Positions 1-8,475 of a stretch of 19,919 bases of DNA are shown here, piece by piece. The notes below the pieces were generated by a model. It had not been told where the DNA came from. It saw only the letters and a list, made by a program, of their open reading frames with translations, and did not search any database. Positions within the stretch are counted from its first letter, which is position 1; every line of letters begins with the position of its first letter. Where the stretch lies: the IMG/VR virus record IMGVR_UViG_2737471827_000004; one strand, written 5' to 3'. This DNA comes from a virus. Lineage: Duplodnaviria > Heunggongvirae > Uroviricota > Caudoviricetes. A program made the position numbers and the translations under genes.

Positions 1-327
1 TCGCTCCCGCGTCTCCACCAGCTCCCGAAAATAAGCTGAACTGTGGCTGCGCATTCTGGCCACCAGCAAAGGTGGCATTGCCTTTTCGATCGCTGGTAAC
101 AACGCCTGAATTTTTTCAACTGCATCAGGGGTGTCTTTCTCTATCCAGCGGAAAATTTTCTGGGTATTGCGAGCCAGGGCTTCCGGATGGCTGTCGTCGT
201 ACAGTTCAGGAAACGTCATACCCAACTCAAAATAAGCCTGGGTTATTCCAGCTGCCGGAACTTTTTCGCCATCAGGACGCGCCCAGGCATTCATCGCCAT
301 GCGGATGTGTTCATGCTTGATTTTCAT
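1..327 (-). CDS. YdaT-like prophage protein, N-terminal 109 codons (gene continues past the window edge)
   Basis: Reverse-strand ORF with ATG at 327-325, open to base 1 with no stop (MKIKHEHIRMAMNAWARPDGEK...). RBS AAGGGGGG 4-5 nt upstream. N-terminus matches my recollection of Rac YdaT (MKIKHEHI...). Absent from the supplied ORF track because it has no stop in the window. Confidence 0.6.
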   Translation of the reverse strand, partial: MKIKHEHIRMAMNAWARPDGEKVPAAGITQAYFELGMTFPELYDDSHPEALARNTQKIFRWIEKDTPDAVEKIQALLPAIEKAMPPLLVARMRSHSSAYFRELVETRER

Positions 328-553
328 GAATCCCCCCTTGGTTAGAAGGCGGATTATGATCAGAACCGGGAATGACAACCGTCGGTATGTGTAACTCATA
401 TTTGAGCGCCCCGGCAGTGACTGCCTGAATTAGCAACGCCCATTTCCACGGAACCTCTTCCCCCCACATGCTGACTGTGGTTTTTGACGTTCCTAGAGCT
501 GCGGCTGTTTTAACAACTCCGCCAAAATAGCCTAATACTTCTGATTTTTTCAT
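311..553 (-). CDS. Cro/YdaS-like small HTH DNA-binding protein
   Basis: ORF 311-601 on the track; preferred start is ATG at 553 (MKKSEVLGYFGG...), which has a GGAG RBS about 7 nt upstream. HTH-like segment VKTAAALGTSKTTVSMW. Divergent from the CI-like repressor and immediately upstream of the YdaT-like gene. Confidence 0.55.
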   Translation of the reverse strand: MKKSEVLGYFGGVVKTAAALGTSKTTVSMWGEEVPWKWALLIQAVTAGALKYELHIPTVVIPGSDHNPPSNQGGIHENQA

Positions 554-644
554 GAGTCGCTCCATAAAACTGAACGCCAAAAGTTTAATAATCAAAACCA
601 AAGAAAGTCAAGAAACAAAACCATCTGTGTTTTAAAATCAAAAC

Positions 645-1283
645 ATGAACAAGCAAACAATATCTGAACGCATAACCCAACGTATGCATGCGCTAAACCT
701 GAAAGGCAAAGACCTTGTCAATGCCACTGGCGCATCAAAAGGCTCCGTAAGTCAATGGATGAACGGTGGAGGAGCGCCGTCCTCGCGTTACATAAGTTCA
801 CTGGCAAAAATATTGAAAGTAAACGAAAATTGGCTTCTTAATGGAGGAGAGTTAAATACAGGTGATTCGCTTGATCTATCTTTACCGCCGATAAAAACGG
901 TTCCGCTACTATCACTTCAGCAGGCAGCAAGCTGGAGTGATTATATGAAAAATTCCTCAATAACCTCTTGTGTGCAGCTTGTCGGAGAAATCCCGGCCAA
1001 TACCTTTGCAGTTGTTCTAGAGAGTGACAGTATGTCAACATCTGGTGGGGGAGTTTCCATCCCAAATGGTTCAACAGTTTTTGTTGATCCCGATCGAACC
1101 GTACAACCAGGAAATATTGTCCTTGCCTTACCCAAAGGGACCACAACACCTGTCATTCGTAAACTGGAGATAGAAGGGCCGGATATTCTTTTAGTCCCCA
1201 CGAATCCTCGCTACCCTTCAATTATGCTGGATGATCTATCTTGCATATTGGGCGTATGCTTTAAAATTCAACAAAATATTTAA
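645..1283 (+). CDS. CI/LexA-type prophage repressor (N-terminal XRE HTH, C-terminal S24 peptidase)
   Basis: 212 aa. HTH LKGKDLVNATGASKGSVSQWMNG; C-terminal domain has the Ser nucleophile context (LESDSMSTSGG) and a downstream Lys (VIRKL) typical of self-cleaving S24 repressors. Confidence 0.85.
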   Translation: MNKQTISERITQRMHALNLKGKDLVNATGASKGSVSQWMNGGGAPSSRYISSLAKILKVNENWLLNGGELNTGDSLDLSLPPIKTVPLLSLQQAASWSDYMKNSSITSCVQLVGEIPANTFAVVLESDSMSTSGGGVSIPNGSTVFVDPDRTVQPGNIVLALPKGTTTPVIRKLEIEGPDILLVPTNPRYPSIMLDDLSCILGVCFKIQQNI

Positions 1284-1368
1284 CCGACCTCATCTATTTG
1301 ATTAACTGTATGCCATCGTGGTGATGGCTTAACAGCTGCCTGCTTAAAATGTTTTGATAAAAAAACAT

Positions 1369-1397
1369 TGACCTGAAAAGTTCATTTTTCTAAACTT
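1369..1397 (+). promoter_or_regulatory. Candidate sigma70 promoter (-35 TTGACC, 17-bp spacer, -10 TAAACT), with an inverted repeat (AATGTTTT..AAAACATT, 1348-1369) overlapping the -35
   Basis: Motif inspection only. Lies upstream of the ydfA-ydfB-ydfC-dicF-dicB-ydfD gene string, on the far side of the repressor gene. Confidence 0.3.
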
Positions 1398-1575
1398 CAT
1401 TCATTCCCTCTCCCCACCCCACAGAATGCAGGGCAATACTTCTAGTTACCAGGCAGTGGTCAGGGGTTAAGTAGCCAGCCCGAGGCGTAAGAACATGACG
1501 GCAGGGTTCAACTTTAATAACTATGCAGCAGGTTTTTGTTCCGCTACCCCGGCGTTAAGGGGAAATGAGGTCAGC

Positions 1576-1731
1576 ATGGATACTATCGATCTTGGCAACA
1601 GCGAATCTCTGGTATGCGGCGTGTTTCCCAACCAGGACGGTACGTTCACCGCGATGACGTATACCAAAAGCAAAACGTTTAAAACCGAAAATGGTGCCCG
1701 TCGCTGGCTGGAAAGAAACTCAGGTGAGTGA
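1576..1731 (+). CDS. ydfA: Small prophage protein YdfA-like (51 aa)
   Basis: Internal ATG of track ORF 1495-1731 (MDTIDLGNSESLVCGVFPNQDG...), GAGG 5 nt upstream. Length and sequence match my recollection of Qin YdfA. Confidence 0.6.
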   Translation: MDTIDLGNSESLVCGVFPNQDGTFTAMTYTKSKTFKTENGARRWLERNSGE

Positions 1732-1732
1732 T

Positions 1733-1861
1733 ATGGATTTCGACACAATCATGGAAAAGGCTTACGAAGAATACTTCGAAGGTCTTGCCGACGGCGAAGA
1801 AGCTCTCAGCTTCAACGAATTTAAACAGGCGCTTTCCAGTTCGGCAAAATCTAACGGCTGA
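1733..1861 (+). CDS. ydfB: Small acidic prophage protein YdfB-like (42 aa)
   Basis: ATG at 1733, one base after the ydfA stop (translationally coupled). Manual translation MDFDTIMEKAYEEYFEGLADGEEALSFNEFKQALSSSAKSNG, stop at 1859-1861. Below the track's length cutoff. Confidence 0.5.
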   Translation: MDFDTIMEKAYEEYFEGLADGEEALSFNEFKQALSSSAKSNG

Positions 1862-1890
1862 TAAGCGAAACAGCACCGCGAGGAATCAGT

Positions 1891-2109
1891 ATGCAGAAAC
1901 GAGAACCCGTCATCATCGCGCCAGACTATACCGATGATGAACTTTATGAGTGGATGCGCCAGAAAATTAATGCAGCGCAGGATCTGAAATGGGCCAATGA
2001 AGCCAGGGCTAAGCAGGCTGAAAATCTGTCCGCTCTGGAGCAGGATATCACCAGGCTGGAAAAAGCAGCGGCATTAAGCATTGCCAGAATGATTACATAC
2101 CCGCGTTAG
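1891..2109 (+). CDS. ydfC: Small prophage protein YdfC-like (72 aa)
   Basis: Track ORF with GAGGA RBS 6 nt upstream; same strand and order as ydfA/ydfB. Confidence 0.6.
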   Translation: MQKREPVIIAPDYTDDELYEWMRQKINAAQDLKWANEARAKQAENLSALEQDITRLEKAAALSIARMITYPR

Positions 2110-2449
2110 TAGCTAATCAACAAAGCTAAGGTTAGTAATTAAGGAGTTCTCCACGGGTGAGGTGGAGTGCGTGCGCCGGACACGGGTGAGCATCCGGCAC
2201 TGACAGTTTACTGAAAGGATATTTCCCTGAAAAGTCAGACCATAACGCGAAAGCGCACGGCGAGGTAGCTGGTTCATAGATAGCCTGTCGTTAAATTTTC
2301 GTCGACCGTGCGCTTCCGGTTGTGGCAACCCGCGAAATGGCGCGGCGGTAAGTATGGCGGGGTTATTCCTTCCCCGTTGAGGACACCGGGTTGTCAGGTT
2401 GACCATACGCTTAAGTGACAACCCCGCTGCAACGCCCTCTGTTATCAAT

Positions 2450-2507
2450 TTTCTGGTGACGTTTGGCGGTATCAGTTTTACTCCGTGACTGCTCTGCCGC
2501 CCTTTTT
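2450..2507 (+). ncRNA. dicF: DicF small regulatory RNA (ftsZ-targeting sRNA of Qin-type prophages)
   Basis: Sequence TTTCTGGTGACGTTTGGCGGTATCAGTTTTACTCCGTGACTGCTCTGCCGCCCTTTTT matches my recollection of DicF. Ends in a GC stem (GGCGG/CCGCC) plus T5 intrinsic terminator. Sits directly upstream of dicB as in K-12. Exact processed ends are not determinable here. Confidence 0.7.
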
Positions 2508-2676
2508 AAAGTGAATTTTGTGATGTGGTGAATGCGGCTGAGCGCACGCGGAACAGTTAAAACCAAAAACAGTGTTATGGGTGGATTCTCTGTATCCGGC
2601 GTTAATTGTTAACTGGTTAACGTCACCTGGAGGCACCAGGCACTGCATCACAAAATTCATTGTTGAGGACGCGATA

Positions 2677-2865
2677 ATGAAAACGTTATTACCAAACGTT
2701 AATACGTCTGAAGGTTGTTTTGAAATTGGTGTCACTATCAGTAACCCAGTATTTACTGAAGATGCCATTAACAAGAGAAAACAAGAACGGGAGCTATTAA
2801 ATAAAATATGCATTGTTTCAATGCTGGCTCGTTTACGTCTGATGCCAAAAGGATGTGCACAATGA
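2677..2865 (+). CDS. dicB: Cell-division inhibitor DicB (62 aa)
   Basis: Internal ATG of track ORF 2572-2865 (MKTLLPNVNTSEGCFEIGVTISNPVF...), GAGGA RBS 8 nt upstream. Sequence and length match DicB as I recall it. Confidence 0.8.
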   Translation: MKTLLPNVNTSEGCFEIGVTISNPVFTEDAINKRKQERELLNKICIVSMLARLRLMPKGCAQ

Positions 2866-3053
2866 ATTCAGCATTTGTGCTTGTTCTGACAGTTTTTCTT
2901 GTTTCCGGAGAGCCAGTTGATATTGCAGTCAGTGTGCACAGGACAATGCAGGAGTGTATGACTGCAGCAACCGAACAGAAAATTCCCGGTAACTGTTACC
3001 CGGTCGATAAAGTTATTCACCAGGATAATAACGAAATCCCGGCAGGTCTTTAA
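2862..3053 (+). CDS. ydfD: YdfD-like small lysis-associated prophage protein (63 aa, N-terminal hydrophobic segment)
   Basis: ATG overlaps the dicB stop (ATGA, 2862-2865). MNSAFVLVLTVFLVSGEPVD...; AAGGA RBS upstream. Confidence 0.7.
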   Translation: MNSAFVLVLTVFLVSGEPVDIAVSVHRTMQECMTAATEQKIPGNCYPVDKVIHQDNNEIPAGL

Positions 3054-3146
3054 AACAGTTCCGTAATAAATATCCGGTTTCATTCTTATATGCCAGCAAT
3101 GGCAGGGATTTGTTCATCCTTAAATCTGTCATGAGGTTAAAACAAA

Positions 3147-5618
3147 ATGAGTAAAGTCTTTATTTGCGCCGCTATTCCTGACGAACTGGCAACAAGGGAA
3201 GAAGGCGCTGTGGCTGTAGCCACAGCCATTGAAGCTGGCGACGAACGCCGTGCTCGAGCAAAATTTCACTGGCAGTTCCTGGAACATTATCCGGCTGCTC
3301 AGGACTGCGCTTATAAATTTATTGTCTGCGAGGATAAACCTGGCATACCCCGCCCTGCCCTCGATTCATGGGATGCTGAATATATGCAGGAAAACCGCTG
3401 GGATGAGGAGTCTGCTTCTTTTGTCCCGGTTGAGACTGAATCCGATCCGATGAACGTCACTTTTGACAAGCTGGCCCCTGAAGTACAGAACGCTGTCATG
3501 GTTAAGTTCGACACATGTGAAAACATCACCGTTGATATGGTTATTAGCGCACAGGAATTGTTGCAGGAAGACATGGCAACATTCGACGGACATATCGTTG
3601 AAGCGTTGATGAAAATGCCAGAAGTTAACGCCATGTATCCGGAGCTTAAGTTGCACGCCATTGGGTGGGTTAAGCATAAATGTATTCCTGGTGCTAAATG
3701 GCCCGAAATTCAGGCAGAGATGCGCATCTGGAAAAAACGTCGCGAAGGTGAACGCAAGGAAACCGGAAAATACACGTCTGTTGTTGATCTCGCCCGCGCC
3801 AGAACCAATCAACAGTACACTGAAAATTCAACAGGAAAAATCAGCCCGGTCATTGCTGCCATTCATCGCGAATACAAGCAGACATGGAAAACACTGGATG
3901 ACGAACTGGCCTACGCTCTCTGGCCTGGTGATGTGGATGCCGGAAACATTGACGGCAGCATCCATCGCTGGGCAAAAAAAGAAGTTATCGACAACGACCG
4001 CGAAGACTGGAAGCGTATCTCGGCATCAATGCGCAAACAGCCTGATGCCCTTCGCTACGACCGCCAGACTATTTTTGGCCTTGTCCGTGAGCGTCCGATC
4101 GACATTCACAAAGATCCCATAGCACTGAACAAATATATCTGCGAATACCTGACGACAAAGGGCGTGTTTGAGAATGAAGAAACAGACCTGGGCACTGTTG
4201 ATGTTCTCCAGTCATCAGAAACACAAACTGATGCAGTGGAAACTGAGGTATCTGATATCCCAAAAAATGAAACCGCGCCGGAAGCTGAACCATCTGTAGA
4301 GCGTGAGGGGCCGTTCTATTTCCTCTTCGCAGATAAGGACGGAGAAAAATACGGTCGCGCAAACAAACTTTCTGGTCTGGATAAGGCACTGGCTGCTGGC
4401 GCCACTGAAATCACAAAAGAAGAATATTTTGCCCGAAAAAATGGCACATACACGGGCTTACCGCAAAATGTAGATACCGCTGAAGATTCAGAACAACCAG
4501 AGCCGATAAAAGTTACCGCTGACGAAGTAAACAAAATTATGCAGGCAGCCAATATCAGCCAGCCTGACGCCGATGAACTGCTTGCAGTATCACGTGGTGA
4601 ATTTGTTGAAGGGATTAGCGACCCGAATGATCCGAAATGGATTAAGGGGATCCAGACCCGCGATTCTGTGAACCAGAACCAGCAAGAAACGGAACAGAAC
4701 GACCAGAAAGCGGAACAAAACAGCCCAAATACGCAACAAAACGAGCCAGAAACGAAACAACCTGAACCAGTAGTGCAACAGGAACCGGAAAAGATCTGCA
4801 CCGCCTGCGGTCAGAGCGGTGGCGGCAACTGCCCTGATTGTGGTGCGGTGATGGGTGACGCAACATACCAGGAAATATTCGATGGAGAGAATCAGCCTGA
4901 AGTTCAGGAAAATGATCCGGAGGAAATGGAAGGCACTGCGCATCAGCACAAGGAGAACACTGGCGGCAATCAGCATCATGCCAGCGATAGTGAAACTGGC
5001 GAGGCGTCAGATCCCTTAATTAAGGCAAACGGTCATCATAATCTCACATCCACCAGCAGAGCGGGGATTCATCTGATGATCGACCTTGAAACCATGGGAA
5101 AAAATCCCGATGCCCCGATTATCTCAATAGGTGCAATATTTTTCGATCCGCAAACCGGAGATATGGGACCGGAATTTAGTAAGACTATCGATCTGGAAAC
5201 TGCTGGCGGAGTCATTGATCGGGACACCATTAAATGGTGGCTTAAACAATCACGCGAAGCGCAATCTGCCATTATGACCGATGAAATCCCGTTAGATGAT
5301 GCACTGTTACAATTGCGGGAATTTATCGACGAAAACTCCGGTGAATTTTTTGTTCATGTCTGGGGAAATGGAGCCAACTTCGACAACACGATTTTGCGCC
5401 GTTCATACGAACGGCAGGAGATCCCCTGCCCGTGGCGTTACTACAACGATCGCGATGTACGCACAATCGTTGAGCTGGGGAAAGCCATAGACTTCGATGC
5501 CAGAACGGCTATTCCATTCGAAGGTGAGCGCCATAATGCACTTGATGACGCCCGTTACCAGGCAAAATACGTTTCAGTTATCTGGCAAAAACTGATCCCG
5601 AGTCAGGCTGATTCTTAA
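3147..5618 (+). CDS. Prophage exonuclease (823 aa): long N-terminal region, acidic Q/E/N/P-rich linker, CxxC-x9-CxxC zinc ribbon, C-terminal DEDDh (DnaQ-like) 3'-5' exonuclease domain
   Basis: One uninterrupted ORF. C-terminal motifs Exo I MIDLETMG (D-x-E), Exo II GNGANFD, Exo III HNALDDARYQA. Zinc ribbon CTACGQSGGGNCPDC at about 4797-4841; low-complexity linker about 4630-4790. Occupies the position of K-12 ydfE, which is broken by IS2 there. Resemblance of the N-terminal part to the exodeoxyribonuclease-VIII-annotated family is from memory only. Confidence 0.75.
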   Translation: MSKVFICAAIPDELATREEGAVAVATAIEAGDERRARAKFHWQFLEHYPAAQDCAYKFIVCEDKPGIPRPALDSWDAEYMQENRWDEESASFVPVETESDPMNVTFDKLAPEVQNAVMVKFDTCENITVDMVISAQELLQEDMATFDGHIVEALMKMPEVNAMYPELKLHAIGWVKHKCIPGAKWPEIQAEMRIWKKRREGERKETGKYTSVVDLARARTNQQYTENSTGKISPVIAAIHREYKQTWKTLDDELAYALWPGDVDAGNIDGSIHRWAKKEVIDNDREDWKRISASMRKQPDALRYDRQTIFGLVRERPIDIHKDPIALNKYICEYLTTKGVFENEETDLGTVDVLQSSETQTDAVETEVSDIPKNETAPEAEPSVEREGPFYFLFADKDGEKYGRANKLSGLDKALAAGATEITKEEYFARKNGTYTGLPQNVDTAEDSEQPEPIKVTADEVNKIMQAANISQPDADELLAVSRGEFVEGISDPNDPKWIKGIQTRDSVNQNQQETEQNDQKAEQNSPNTQQNEPETKQPEPVVQQEPEKICTACGQSGGGNCPDCGAVMGDATYQEIFDGENQPEVQENDPEEMEGTAHQHKENTGGNQHHASDSETGEASDPLIKANGHHNLTSTSRAGIHLMIDLETMGKNPDAPIISIGAIFFDPQTGDMGPEFSKTIDLETAGGVIDRDTIKWWLKQSREAQSAIMTDEIPLDDALLQLREFIDENSGEFFVHVWGNGANFDNTILRRSYERQEIPCPWRYYNDRDVRTIVELGKAIDFDARTAIPFEGERHNALDDARYQAKYVSVIWQKLIPSQADS

Positions 5619-5690
5619 TGTTCAACTGTCGCCGGTTGTGACTGGTATTCTGCAACCGGCGCTCGTCTGATGTAAGAGATAAAGAAATCG

Positions 5691-5942
5691 ATGAGCGAAG
5701 TAATCATGATTGTCTCTCCCGGCAAATGGGTATCCGAAGAGCAGTTAATTGCGCTGAAAGGAATAAAAAAAGGTACGTTAAAAAAGGCCCGGGAAAAATC
5801 GTTTATGGAAGGAAGGGAATATAAGCATGTCGCTCATGACGGTATGCCATGGGATAACAGTCCATGCTTTTACAACCTGGAAGAAATTGATCGCTGGATT
5901 GAGCGCCAGGCATCAGCGAGACCAAGACGTCATCTTACTTGA
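5691..5942 (+). CDS. Excisionase-like small DNA-binding protein (83 aa)
   Basis: Small basic ORF immediately upstream of and co-directional with the integrase. Function inferred from position and size. Confidence 0.5.
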   Translation: MSEVIMIVSPGKWVSEEQLIALKGIKKGTLKKAREKSFMEGREYKHVAHDGMPWDNSPCFYNLEEIDRWIERQASARPRRHLT

Positions 5943-5976
5943 CTAAAAGCCACACTAACTAATGAGAGAAGTTGAA

Positions 5977-7257
5977 ATGAAATATCCGACAGGCGTGGAA
6001 AACCATGGAGGGAAATTACGTATCTGGTTTGTTTATAAAGGCGTAAGAGTCAGGGAAAATCTGGGGGTTCCTGACACAGCAAAAAACAGGCGCGTTGCAG
6101 GTGAACTACGCGCCTCTGTTTGTTACGCAATAAAAACTGGTGTTTTCGACTATGCAAAACAGTTTCCCTCCTCACGCAATCTGGAAAAATTTGGTGAGGC
6201 CCGACAAGATTTAACCATAAAAGAACTGGCTGAAAAATTTCTGGCACTGAAAGAAACTGAAGTCGCCAAAACATCACTCAACACATACCGTGCCGTCATC
6301 AAAAATATCCTGAGCATAATCGGTGAAAAAAATCTTGCCTCATCGATTAATAAAGAAAAATTACTGGAGGTTCGTAAAGAGTTACTGACTGGATACCAGA
6401 TCCCCAAAAGTAACTATATTGTTACACAACCAGGGAGATCGGCTGTAACTGTAAATAATTACATGACAAATCTTAACGCCGTGTTCCAGTTTGGTGTTGA
6501 TAACGGTTACCTGGCAGATAATCCGTTTAAGGGGATCTCGCCATTAAAGGAATCAAGAACCATTCCGGATCCTCTTTCGCGGGAAGAATTTATCCGTCTT
6601 ATCGATGCGTGCAGAAATCAGCAAGCAAAAAATTTATGGTGTGTTTCTGTTTATACTGGCGTTCGCCCTGGTGAGCTGTGTGCACTTGGATGGGAGGACA
6701 TAGATCTGAAAAATGGAACAATGATGATCAGGAGAAATTTAGCAAAAGACCGTTTCACGGTACCAAAAACACAGGCGGGAACCAATCGGGTCATTCATCT
6801 TATTAAGCCAGCAATCGACGCTCTCCGGAGTCAGATGACATTAACGAGACTGAGCAAAGAGCATATCATTGATGTTCACCTCAGAGAGTATGGCAGAACA
6901 GAAAAACATAAATGCACCTTTGTTTTTCAACCTGAAGTGTCAGCGAGAGTAAAAAATTATGGTGACCATTTTACCGTTGACTCAATAAGGCAGATGTGGG
7001 ACGCAGCGATAAAACGTGCCGGACTCCGCCATCGAAAATCATATCAGTCGAGACATACTTATGCCTGCTGGTCGCTGACAGCTGGTGCTAACCCGGCATT
7101 TATAGCAAACCAGATGGGCCATGCAGATGCGCAAATGGTATTTCAGGTATACGGAAAATGGATGTCTGAAAACAATAATGCACAGGTAGCTTTGTTAAAT
7201 ACACAGTTAAGCGAGTTTGCCCCAACCATGCCCCATAACGAAGCAATGAAAAATTAA
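5977..7257 (+). CDS. intQ: Tyrosine site-specific integrase (lambda family), intact
   Basis: Track ORF 5962-7257; ATG at 5977 (MKYPTGVENHGG...) is preferred because GAGAGAAG lies 5 nt upstream. C-terminal catalytic region has RHTYA and HADAQMVFQVYGKW (H-x-x-R and Tyr nucleophile context). Sits next to rspB where the K-12 intQ pseudogene lies; the symbol is given by position only. Confidence 0.8.
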   Translation: MKYPTGVENHGGKLRIWFVYKGVRVRENLGVPDTAKNRRVAGELRASVCYAIKTGVFDYAKQFPSSRNLEKFGEARQDLTIKELAEKFLALKETEVAKTSLNTYRAVIKNILSIIGEKNLASSINKEKLLEVRKELLTGYQIPKSNYIVTQPGRSAVTVNNYMTNLNAVFQFGVDNGYLADNPFKGISPLKESRTIPDPLSREEFIRLIDACRNQQAKNLWCVSVYTGVRPGELCALGWEDIDLKNGTMMIRRNLAKDRFTVPKTQAGTNRVIHLIKPAIDALRSQMTLTRLSKEHIIDVHLREYGRTEKHKCTFVFQPEVSARVKNYGDHFTVDSIRQMWDAAIKRAGLRHRKSYQSRHTYACWSLTAGANPAFIANQMGHADAQMVFQVYGKWMSENNNAQVALLNTQLSEFAPTMPHNEAMKN

Positions 7258-7444
7258 TTTAATATTTATCAAATAGTTGACACGTATGACTCTTGAAATC
7301 CATAAATTCAAGCGCAGTGCCCAGCCATCCCGATACTGCTGCTTTCACCAAATCCTTAGTGCTTCTTTCGTGTTTTTCTATTGTCATAATGGTTATCTCT
7401 AAAAAAGAGGTAAGATGCGTACTACTTACTCGCCGTTATTGGTA
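7258..7444. other. Probable prophage-chromosome junction (att region) between the integrase 3' end and the rspB 3' end
   Basis: Non-coding, AT-rich, between convergent int and rspB. The att core cannot be defined without the other prophage end. Confidence 0.3.
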
Positions 7445-8464
7445 TTATTCAGAAAAAGTGAGTAAGACTTTGCAGCAATGTTTTTGATCCTGTTCAAATA
7501 AACTAATGGCATCAGCAACATGCTGGAAATCAAACGTATGGGTAATTAATTTTTCTGGTTTAATTAACCCTTTACTTAACCAGTCGATAACAACCGGAAA
7601 TTTATTTGCATTTAAGCGTGAAGAGAAAATAGAGAGTTCTTTTCCGGTAATTCCTTGCTGAATCACTTCAGACGGTTCACTGGAGAAGCCCATCAATACA
7701 ATACGTGCCGCTGGAGAAGCCAGCGTTACGGCCTCTTTCAGGATAGAAGGATGACAAGCCGCATCGATAATTAATGTCGGCTTGATGCCTTTTTCAGCGA
7801 AAATCTCGCCAAGCGGTGTCTGGCTGTTATTAATCGCCCAGTCTGCCCCGCTCTCTTTCGCTTTTTCCAGTCGTTCATCAATGCGATCGGCAACAATCAC
7901 ATTTTTAACGTTATAGACGCCTTTTAATACCTGAACGATCGTCAGGCCGATTGGACCGGCACCATAAACCAGAACGGTATCATTTTCAGTCGGTTGACCA
8001 TGACCGGTAACGTTAGCCGCAATGGTAAAAGGTTCGATCATCACCGCATATTGATCGGCCACTGCTTCAGGAATTTTCCACGCATTTTTTGCCGGAACCA
8101 CGGCATATTCACTGAAACCACCGTCAGCGTGCACACCTAATACAGCAAGTGTCGTACAAACGTTCGGCTTACCTATAGAGCACGGATAGCAATGCCCACA
8201 GCTGACCACCGGATCGACAGCAACGCGTTCACCGACTCTGGCGCTTTCCACACCTTCACCCACCGCATCAATGACGCCAAAGAATTCATGACCAATGACG
8301 CGCGGATATTTCGCAAAAGGATTATGCCCACGGTAAATATGGCTATCTGAACCACAAATTCCGGCAAGTTTCACTTTTACTCGTACTTCACCCGCTGACG
8401 GGGTGGGTATTTCACGTTCGATAATCGACAGTTGATTCGGTTTTTCAATTAAAATGCTTTTCAT
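7445..8464 (-). CDS. rspB: Starvation-sensing protein RspB (Zn-dependent alcohol-dehydrogenase family oxidoreductase)
   Basis: Start moved to ATG 8464 (MKSILIEKPNQL...), AAGGAG RBS 7 nt upstream. GICGSDSH zinc-ADH signature and Rossmann motif (LVYGAGPIG). Confidence 0.9.
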   Translation of the reverse strand: MKSILIEKPNQLSIIEREIPTPSAGEVRVKVKLAGICGSDSHIYRGHNPFAKYPRVIGHEFFGVIDAVGEGVESARVGERVAVDPVVSCGHCYPCSIGKPNVCTTLAVLGVHADGGFSEYAVVPAKNAWKIPEAVADQYAVMIEPFTIAANVTGHGQPTENDTVLVYGAGPIGLTIVQVLKGVYNVKNVIVADRIDERLEKAKESGADWAINNSQTPLGEIFAEKGIKPTLIIDAACHPSILKEAVTLASPAARIVLMGFSSEPSEVIQQGITGKELSIFSSRLNANKFPVVIDWLSKGLIKPEKLITHTFDFQHVADAISLFEQDQKHCCKVLLTFSE

Positions 8465-8475
8465 TACCTTACTCC

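Noticed and set aside
72-320. Plus-strand 82-aa ORF at the window start
   Set aside because: It is antisense to the YdaT-like gene, which has a strong RBS and family resemblance. No initiation signal.
2113-2865. Track ORFs 2113-2448 (minus), 2478-2813 (minus) and the long form 2572-2865 (plus)
   Set aside because: The minus ORFs overlap the DicF and dicB loci and have no initiation signals. The plus ORF is just an upstream extension of dicB; the RBS-supported start is at 2677. The 2110-2449 interval is better explained as structured untranslated RNA of the dicB operon from which DicF is processed.
3229-5490. Several track ORFs overlapping the 823-aa exonuclease gene on both strands (for example 3366-3812, 4316-4801, 4590-4979 minus; 3661-4122 plus)
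   Set aside because: They lie entirely inside a long, well-supported ORF, lack RBSs and have low-complexity or unlikely composition. Shadow ORFs.
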